DNA from: Prevotella sp.
GTDB taxonomy: Bacteria > Bacteroidota > Bacteroidia > Bacteroidales > Dysgonomonadaceae
Length of the DNA: 12,393 nucleotides
Direction of reading: 5' to 3'
Assembly: GCA_031285625.1 (NCBI GenBank)
Contig: JAITVV010000082.1
Span: 1-12,393 of the forward strand
Both the position numbers and the translations under genes were made by a program. A model generated the notes under the pieces. It was not told the DNA's origin, ran no database searches, and saw nothing but the letters and a program-made list of their open reading frames with translations. The stretch's first letter is position 1; each line of letters opens with the position of its first letter. Of this stretch, positions 1-6,781 are shown one piece after another.

Positions 1-356
1 TGATAACCTGTCTGTTCTCCTCCCTTTATCGCTCCGGTATGACTGCCGTCCAGGTCGCTGCTTGATAAATCCAACAAGTATCTGTATTTGTGCAGAATTT
101 GTATCCAGCTTTGGCTCCATACACCAGACTTGCACTATTTCCGGTAATGATAGTAAACAGACTGCCAACTGAGAACCAATTCTGAAAAAAGAAATTCTAC
201 CGGAAGTAAATACTACTGCACGCCTGTTTTTAACTTATAGAGTATCGCATTAACGATCTCTTCAAGAGGTGCTTGGGATGAAAAGCCTCTTTTGTTGGCT
301 GGAATATGGCAGATTATTTCCATTTCTATTATATCTTTGTCAAGTACTTTGTACAT
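1..356 (-). pseudogene. IS5-family transposase (DUF4096-type N-terminus), inactivated by two in-frame stops; runs off the window edge
   Basis: Manual translation from ATG 356: MYKVLDKDIIEMEIICHIPANKRGFSSQAPLEEIVNAILYKLKTGVQ*YLLPVEFLFSELVLSWQSVYYHYRK*CKSGVW...DLSSSDLDGSHT. IVNAILYxLKTGxQW, VYYHYRKW and LDGSH are IS5-type motifs. TAG at 213-215 and 135-137 replace the expected Trp. Absent from the ORF track. Confidence 0.85.
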
Positions 357-388
357 AGGGGGAAGCGATTAGGTTTTAGTTTACATCA

Positions 389-396
389 CAAATGTA
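389..396 (-). promoter_or_regulatory. Bacteroidota -7 element (TACATTTG) for the IS5 transposase
   Basis: Matches TAnnTTTG ~33 nt upstream of ATG 356, inside an inverted repeat at ~357-409. Confidence 0.55.
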
Positions 397-523
397 ATTG
401 TTCCCCCCTTTTGTCTCATAAAAAAGTTTAAATCACTTTACCGTCAATAACAGTAATTATTTAAAGCTTGTTTAAATTTTACTAAAATATTAGGGTTTAT
501 ATTAGACATTATATTCAATAAAG

Positions 524-1430
524 TTATATATAGTTCAAAATCAGTGAAATTGAAATTCTGAAATTATGTAGACCGCAAGCAATAAGCATGACCAAGTCAT
601 CAAAGCCAAACTTGCGGCATCTGAAACGCTCTTTGACAATACGACATTTTTTGACTCCGCCGATAGCATGTTCAACAAGAATGCGAAAGCTGGATATTTT
701 CCTGTTTTCTTCTTTTTGAACATCTGACAACAGCTTTCCTTTAGGCTTCTTGGCAGGCATCATGATAGTAGCATTTTCCGGTTTATACCCGAGGAAGCCT
801 GTATCCTGCCAGATTGTAATCCCCGTGGGTAAACTCAAAGGCTGTTCATCTATAATTTTCTTGTCATGAACACAGCCATCAAAAGTCTGGGAAAGCCATA
901 AAATACGTTTTTCAGGTGTACAAAGCAGGTCATTCTTCACGTTATGAGTTTTTTTTACCACTATAACATGATTTTTACCTGTCAGAATCCTGCGGACGTT
1001 CTATTGGCCTTTCTGTTCCATCGAGCAATATATTTTCACATTGCCCTGCCAGATATTTTACCCTTAAATGGTTCCTGTCGGGTAGTTCACCTAACGTTTT
1101 TAAGGTTTTATACAAAATATCGGATAAGCGATGTATCCATTCATTGCACTGGGGTTGAGTCATATCGAACATCGTTGCATGATAATCCTGTAAGGGATTA
1201 TTCTTCATATAGGATAAGATAAACAGCAATTTATCTGTTATACACGGTAATTGACTGCTCTTTCTCCCATAAGAAACCCGTATACGAGGTTGACCTTTTA
1301 ACGTAAAATGAGAATGATATTCTTCCCAATGATATTTAAAGGTTGGCAAAAATGCTTCGAATTCCGATAAATTAAAACCTGTTAATGATAATAATTGCTT
1401 CGGATTTTTTCGAATCTTGTCGTATTTCAT
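524..1430 (-). pseudogene. Split transposase: HTH_Tnp_4-like N-terminal ORF (975-1430) plus DDE_Tnp_4-like C-terminal ORF (524-961)
   Basis: Catalytic motifs LLDGTE, WQDTGF, VEHAIG. ORF A stops at TAA 975-977 (probably from CAA) but the frame continues KSCYSGKK into an A8 run (949-956), where a -1 shift gives the family-like SGKKKTHNVKN. Confidence 0.85.
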
Positions 1431-1447
1431 TTGCGATTAATGAATCG

Positions 1448-1455
1448 CAAAGGTA
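1448..1455 (-). promoter_or_regulatory. -7 element (TACCTTTG) for the ISL2-like transposase
   Basis: Exact TAnnTTTG 17 nt upstream of ATG 1430; overlaps a perfect 9-bp inverted repeat at 1430-1451. Confidence 0.6.
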
Positions 1456-1629
1456 TGTAAAAGAACGATTTAATTAACTATTAAATATAAACTCTATTGA
1501 ATGGGAATTTATTTTTCAAGCCATCAGATGAATTTTCACAAACCCTGAAAGGGTGGGAAAAGAAAATACCTGTTTCTAAGTAACGATTAAAAAATAACTT
1601 GGTACTTTTGCTTCATCAATATACTCTTT

Positions 1630-1767
1630 ATGATCAGCGAAGACGAATTGCGATATTATAAACAGTTAGACGAACGACAGGGACGTTTGTTTCTGGGAAT
1701 GAAGGCCAAATTATTGGGTCGCGGTGGTTGCCGTATTGTCAGTGAAGCATTCGGTGTTAATATAAAG
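1630..1767 (+). pseudogene. ISAzo13-family transposase, N-terminal fragment
   Basis: LDERQGRLFLGMKAKLLGRGGCRIVSEAFGV resembles the ISAzo13 N-terminal LDERxRRLxxxxEAxxLGxGG motif. Similarity appears to stop after ~46 codons. TACTTTTG -7 element at 1603-1610. Confidence 0.7.
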
Positions 1768-1825
1768 CGTATGTGGATAATCTTGAGTATGCCCACCCAT
1801 ATAATCTGTATAAAAAGTATCAGAA

Positions 1826-2041
1826 TGTAAGTATTTTTAAGCGTAAAAAAACGACAATCTGGCATATATCCACCCAAAAACAGGTTGAGAACAGCTAAAA
1901 AGAGTAAAAAAGGGCGGCTTGATTACCGTAATCTTGACCATATGCACCCATAGAGAGAGGCTTTACCATAGTTTTATATTATGTAAAAAAACATAATCAG
2001 TTCCGATGTTTGAAATCTGAATGAGGTGGTAAACAAAAAAT
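1826..2041 (+). mobile_element. Probable left end and leader of the IS21 element, separated from istA by the IS110 insertion
   Basis: Starts with TGTAAG (IS21 ends begin TG). Joining 2041 to 3560 restores an A-rich leader AAACAAAAAATTGAACT-ATG for istA. No right TIR is present to confirm the boundary. Confidence 0.35.
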
Positions 2042-2059
2042 AAGCTATACGGTTTTGGT

Positions 2060-2067
2060 TAATTTTG
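2060..2067 (+). promoter_or_regulatory. -7 element (TAATTTTG) for the IS110 recombinase
   Basis: Exact TAnnTTTG 40 nt before ATG 2108, within the 2041-2108 hairpin. Confidence 0.5.
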
Positions 2068-2107
2068 TTATTGGTGGCAACAAAGTTTAACCTAACACAT
2101 ATAGCTT

Positions 2108-3171
2108 ATGAGAACGAGACAAAGTAACAAAATTGATTTCACAGGACAAAATATCTATGTCGGCATAGATGTCCATTTGAAGAGTTGGTCGGCGACGGTG
2201 GTGTCCGAGACCTCGGTGATGAAGAAGTTCAGTCAGCCGCCGCAGCCTGAAGCGTTACACAAGTTTCTGGCGGCGAACTATCCGGGCGCGAGCTATCACT
2301 CGGTCTACGAGGCGGGGTTTTGCGGGTTCTGGATACACGAGCGGCTGACGGCACTTGGGGTCAACCCCGCCGACGTGCCGACCAAGAGCAGTGAGAAGCT
2401 GCGCAAGACCGACGCCGTGGACAGCGCGAAGCTGGCGCGAGATCTTCGGGCGGGAGAGTCGAAGGGTATATACACGCCTGACAGCGAAACGCTTGAGATA
2501 CGTTTTTGATAAGGTTGAAAAACTCAATAATGAAAGACATGACACGACAGAAGAACCGTATCAAGTCGCAGTTACGCTATCTGGGCATAGAGATTTCCAC
2601 CGAGTTCACGGAGCCCCACTCCTGTTGGTCGAAACGGTTTATCGCTTGGCTACGCGATGTGCAGACCCTCACTCCGTGTGGCCGTCGGGCTATCGACATG
2701 CTGATCGTCCACTTGGAGGATCTCCGCAGGCAGCGGCTTGAGATGACGCGGGCCTTACGGGAACTATCCCGAACGAATCGGCTTGCCGAGCAACTGCGGC
2801 TAATCATGACCGTTCCGGGCGTTGGCCAAGTCACGGGTATGGTGTTCCTGTCGGAGATATGCGACATCTCGCGTTTCACCAACGCCGAACAATTGGCTGC
2901 CTATATCGGAATGATCCCGATGTGCCACGCGAGCGGTGAGAAAGATGGTACGGGCGACATCACTGTGCGTGGTCACGCCTCGATGCGCTGGAACCTGATA
3001 GAGGCAGCATGGGTGGCTATTCGGCAAGACCCGGTGATGAACCTGTTCTACACAGGGAACTGCAAGCGGATGGTGCCGAGCAAAGCCATCGTAAAAGTGG
3101 CCCGTAAGCTGGTGAACCGCATTTATTTCGTACCCAAGTACAAAACGGAATATGTCAATGGTGTCGCGTGA
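2108..3171 (+). pseudogene. IS110-family DEDD recombinase/transposase, frameshifted (2108-2509 and 2506-3171)
   Basis: RuvC-like motifs YVGIDVH, VYEAG, KTDAVD and C-terminal motifs TVPGVG, LAAYIGMIP..SG, LIEAAW, ARKL. One-base shift at the T5 run 2503-2507. Visibly GC-richer than its flanks. Confidence 0.9.
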
Positions 3172-3181
3172 TAGAGAAAGG

Positions 3182-3493
3182 ATCCTTCCGGTAGACGGAT
3201 TTTCCGAGAGAGAATACTACATAATTTGTGCGACGTCAACGTCCGCTTAAATCAGTTTGCTCCTCTCGCCTTTGTGAACTAATGAGGAACTTGCGGCAGC
3301 CGAGGCCGACCGCTGTGTAAAGTCTGTTTACCGAAGGATTTTTATCGAGTTTTTTGAGCCATACGGACAGTATCGGTAACAAAAGAGAGGAGACTTTCGC
3401 CTCCCCGAATGTAGCGTTACCGCGTACTGTCAGGATGTTTATTGCTTGACAGGTTGCCCTCCGGCAGAGCCTGCCTCCTCTTAACACCCTGAC
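3182..3493. ncRNA. Candidate IS110 bridge/seek RNA region (structured non-coding RNA)
   Basis: Long stem 3182-3203/3319-3339 plus two tandem stem-internal loop-stem hairpins (3366-3431, 3429-3493), directly downstream of an IS110 recombinase. Confidence 0.6.
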
Positions 3494-3494
3494 A

Positions 3495-3502
3495 CAAAGA
3501 TA
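3495..3502 (-). promoter_or_regulatory. Inward (antisense) -7 element TATCTTTG in the IS110 right end
   Basis: Exact TAnnTTTG match that abuts the first hairpin of the minus-strand structured domain. Confidence 0.55.
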
Positions 3503-3565
3503 CAAACCAATTTTAACCAAAAATAATTTATCCGATTTAGTTGGATTTTAACTGGAAATTGAACT

Positions 3566-4963
3566 ATGGCAGGAAAACCAACGCGTATGAGCAAGATAAA
3601 ATAATTATTGAGATTACACCAACAAGGTGTATCCAACCGTGGAATAGGCAGGGAACTGGGCCTTTATAAAGCCACCGTCAACTCGTACATCGACAAGTTA
3701 AAGCTTCACGGGTACGATATTAACCAACTGCTGGAGTTGGAAGATCCGGTACTGGAAGCAAAATTTATGGCAGGTACGGCAGCCTATACACAGGATAAGT
3801 TCACCGTGTTCCGGGAGTAGATTCCATATTTTGAGAAGGAACTCGGTCGTGCCCATGTCACCGGTAAACTGTTGTGGGACGAGTACAGGCTTAACCATCC
3901 GGATGGCTATTCCTATCCGCAGTTCTGCTACCACCTGAAGCAACTGAAAGTGGCCCGGCACCCTATGGCCATACTTGATCACCAGACAGCCGAGAAGTTG
4001 TATGTGGACTTTGCCGGGGATACGATGTCATACATTGACAGGGAAACAGGAGAAGTTCTGAAAGCGCATATCTTCGTGGCTTGCCTGCCTTACTCAGATT
4101 ATACCTTTACGATGGCTGTATCCTCACAAACTACAGATGACTTCCTGTACGCCCTCTCATCAGCCCTGCGACACCTGGGAGGGTCGGCCAAGATACTGAC
4201 GCCCGACAACCTGAAAGCGGCGGTCATAAAGAGCGACCGTTATGAACCGGACCCGAACCGCCTGATGGAAGACTTCGCCAATCATTACGGGTTTGTAGTC
4301 ATTCCGGCCCGCTCACGGCATCCCCGGGACAAGGCGGTAGTCGAGAACCAGGTAAAAATCATTTACCGCCGTGTCTATGCAAAATTGTGTGATACCGTAT
4401 TCTTCTCCCTGGCGGAACTGAACCGAGCCCTGCTTGAAAAAACAATGGAGCACAACCAAACAAGGATGCAGCAAAAGCCATATACGCGACAGGAGAAATT
4501 CCTTGCCGAGGAAAAAAACAAGTTGACGGCTTTGTCCCCTACCGATTTTGAAGTTAAATACTATGCCCAGTTGCAAGTGGCCAATAACAACTGCATTTAC
4601 CTGGGTAGGGACAAGCATTATTACTCTGTCCTCTATTGCCATATAGGGAAAAAGGTCCAGGTGATTTACACCCGCACCCTTGTGCAGATATTTTGCGAAG
4701 GGGCATGCGTAGCTATCCACCGCAGGGCCTCCGGTTATGGTTACACCACACTCAGGGAGCACCTTTGCTCTACCCACCGCCACTATAAAGACCGCTCTCC
4801 CGATTATTACATAGCCAAGGCAAGGGAGCGCTCCCATATGCTGGGTCTACTGGTTGAGAAGAATTTTGAACAGAACCTGGTCCCGGAGATGATTTACAGA
4901 CGTTGTGACGGGTTACTGAGCCTCCAGCGCAAGACAGACCCCGTCATCTTTGATCAGGCCTGC
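3566..4963 (+). pseudogene. istA: IS21-family transposase IstA, two nonsense codons, C-terminally truncated
   Basis: One frame from ATG 3566: MAGKPTRMSKIK*LLRLHQQG...FRE*IPYFEKEL...LLWDEY...YSYPQFC...VDFAG...PDNLK...PRDKAVVE. Stops are TAA 3602-3604 and TAG 3818-3820. Confidence 0.9.
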
Positions 4964-5203
4964 CGGTTGGGCCTTTCTGTGGCCTATCATAATACACAAA
5001 AGCTGATGGTCAAGATTAAATACGCAAGGCTTGATGGCAGTATAATCCGTTTCTTTGAAAAACTGGCTAAAACGGAGTTGCTCATACTTGATGACTTCGG
5101 ACTGGCAGCCATGGATAACCAGCAACAGCTAGACCTGCTGGAAATTATTGAGGACAGGCATATGGACAAGGCTACGATTATCGTCAGTCAACTCCCCGTG
5201 GAT
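4955..5203 (+). pseudogene. istB: IS21 helper ATPase IstB, internal fragment fused in frame to istA
   Basis: QACRLGLSVAY...LLILDDFGL (Walker B)...LLEIIEDRH...TIIVSQLPV. Walker A and the C-terminus are absent. Confidence 0.9.
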
Positions 5204-5286
5204 ACATTTACATTTTTCGACTTTACCCAGTTTTTAAACTCTCTCTCATGCTGGTTGCTTCTTTCTGTCCTGTCTATCGCTTTCAT
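5188..5286 (-). pseudogene. Probable 5' stub of an unknown gene (MKAIDRTERSNQHEREFKNWVKSKNVNV...) cut at the istB junction
   Basis: ATG at 5286 preceded by an A-rich leader (AAACTAAAAAATTTATGTT). The frame runs into istB antisense sequence and stops at 5188-5190. Confidence 0.4.
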
Positions 5287-5360
5287 AACATAAATTTTTT
5301 AGTTTGTTTTCCAATATTTATTCTTAGGCGGAGTAAGTCCTTTTCTCTAAAACATTACTC

Positions 5361-5613
5361 CTTTCTTCGAGCTTTTTTTTAAATTCATTCCCAGTGTGTC
5401 GGTCGTCCTTTTTCAGTTGCCCGAAAGGTGATATTTTACGGACAGGCAAATTTTTTTAAAAGCCGCAGGCGTAAAATACTACCCGCAGGTGTGGAGATTT
5501 TTTTTAAAACAGCGAAGCGAATTTGAACGGCCGGTAAATATAAGTAACCTTTGCGACATGAAAAGACGTCCGGCGGACCGGCTCGAATGAATAAAAAAAA
5601 GTGAAGAAGAAAG
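5361..5613. repeat. ~250-nt imperfect inverted repeat with GNA mini-hairpins (candidate ssDNA promoter)
   Basis: Nested pairs: CTTTCTTC 5361-5368/GAAGAAAG 5606-5613; ATTCATTC 5383-5390/GAATGAAT 5585-5592; AAAGGT 5424-5429/ACCTTT 5547-5552; CAAATT 5447-5452/AATTTG 5520-5525. Confidence 0.75.
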
Positions 5614-5684
5614 TACCGATCTCCCCTTCAGGGCAGGGCTGTTAAGTTCTAATTAAATACATAGAAAACGATCTTTGAAATTAT

Positions 5685-5692
5685 TATATTTG
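5685..5692 (+). promoter_or_regulatory. -7 element (TATATTTG) for the ISAs1 transposase
   Basis: Exact TAnnTTTG 14 nt before ATG 5707. Confidence 0.6.
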
Positions 5693-5706
5693 CAAAAAAA
5701 ACAGAA

Positions 5707-6781
5707 ATGAATTTACTGGATTGTTTATCTCAGGTAAAAGATCCACGGCGCAAACAAGGTCAACGATTTGAGTTGGATAAATTATTACTACTCATTATTA
5801 TGGCCATGATGCGTGGTTGTTACCAATATCGTGAAATAGCTCGCTTTTGCAGCTATCACCAATCGGATTTAATCCGCTTATTGAAGATAAAAAGCAAGCA
5901 TATGCCTTCCCATGTAACTATCCGGCAATTGGTTTTAAGCCTTGACTTTTCGTCTTTGCAGACCTGTTTTCATCAATGGGCAAAACAATATGTCCCTATA
6001 GAAGAAGACGAATGGATTTGCATAGATGGCAAAGCCATTAAATCTACAGTAAGCGATAGCCACAATAGTTATCAAAATTTTATTTGCTTAGTCAGTTTAT
6101 TCTCTCAAAAACGGGAACAGATCATTTATGCAGAGAAATTTGATAGTAAACAAACATCTGAAATAACAGTAGTCGAGCAACTTATTGAGTCCTTGGATTT
6201 GAAAGGTGTTATCTTTACTTTGGATGCCTTACATTCTAAAAAAAACGCTACAAACAATAATTGATTCCCAGAACCATTTTCTTGTCAAGGTAAAAGCAAA
6301 CCAACCCAAGCTTTTAAAGGCTATTAAGAATACAGTTCAAGCTTTTGTCGCTGTAGATGAACTCCTTATCAAAGAAACAAATCGGGGACGTAAAGAAACT
6401 CGTCTTATTAAAGTTTTCAATCAGAAAGATTTACTCCCATCTAAGTGGAAAATAGTCAATACTATAATCTTGGTTGTCCGTGAGTTTATCAGAAAAGATA
6501 AAATACATCAAACAATCAGTTTCTATATCTCTGATCTGGAAACTACAAACGCCAAATTGCTATTACAAGGGATAAGAGGGCATTGGTATATTGAAAATAA
6601 GTTACATTACACCAAAGATGTTATCCAAAAAGAAGATAAAACAGCCACTAAGAATAAAATAGCTGCAGCTAATCTAGCTATTTTCAGAAACTTCTGTTTC
6701 AATATCCTCAAGGCAAAAAACAAATCGATTAAGTATGCTTCTGAATATTTTGCAAATAATAATGTCAAAGCACCCGAATAA
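5707..6781 (+). CDS. ISAs1-family transposase in two overlapping frames (5707-6264, 6206-6781); -1 frameshift at an A8 run, programmed or mutational
   Basis: Motifs VKDPRRKQG, PSHVTI, IDGKAI, TLDALH, VKANQPKL, RGRKETR, IRGHWYIENKLHY. A8 at 6238-6245 gives DALHSKKKTL after a -1 shift. Confidence 0.88.

Larger units (their letters stand above)
493..1494 (-). mobile_element. IS5-family (ISL2-like) insertion sequence, ~1.0 kb
   Basis: Imperfect TIRs GGGTTTATATT (493-503) and AATATAAACTC (1484-1494), one mismatch. Flanked by TA on both sides; alternatively the ends are 492/1495 with an ATT duplication. Encloses the split transposase. Confidence 0.75.
2038..3559 (+). mobile_element. IS110-family element with a short left end and a long (~390 nt) right non-coding end
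   Basis: Contains the DEDD recombinase. AAAT occurs at both inferred boundaries (2038-2041, 3556-3559), as expected for a core-type junction. A 10-bp inverted repeat TTTTGGTTAA (2053-2062) / TTAACCAAAA (3513-3522) is present. Boundaries are inferred. Confidence 0.65.

Noticed and set aside
421-480. Back-to-back IS5-like ends (AAAGTTTAAATCACTTTA and TAAAGCTTGTTTAAATTTT)
   Set aside because: Imperfect and very AT-rich, and the partner TIR lies outside the window, so it cannot be supported.
3236-3520. 94-aa minus-strand ORF in the IS110 right end
   Set aside because: Non-ATG start, no recognisable motif, and it overlaps strongly base-paired sequence better explained as RNA structure. Not fully excluded, but the minus-strand -7 motif lies inside it rather than upstream.
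3520-3559. Hybrid -33/-7 promoter formed on IS110 circularisation
   Set aside because: No TTTG in the right end falls 19-21 nt from the left-end -7 element in the predicted junction.
135-3820. Stop-codon reassignment (TAG read-through) explaining the in-frame stops
   Set aside because: The interruptions include TAA as well as TAG, at both Trp- and Gln-like positions, alongside frameshifts and deletions. Ordinary pseudogenisation is simpler.
5204-5293. Hydrophobic C-terminal tail of the 473-aa ORF as a membrane anchor
   Set aside because: It is read-through past the istB breakpoint into the antisense of an unrelated stub.
5361-5613. CRISPR array, tRNA or simple terminator
   Set aside because: No repeat-spacer periodicity or cloverleaf, and it is far too long and branched for an intrinsic terminator.
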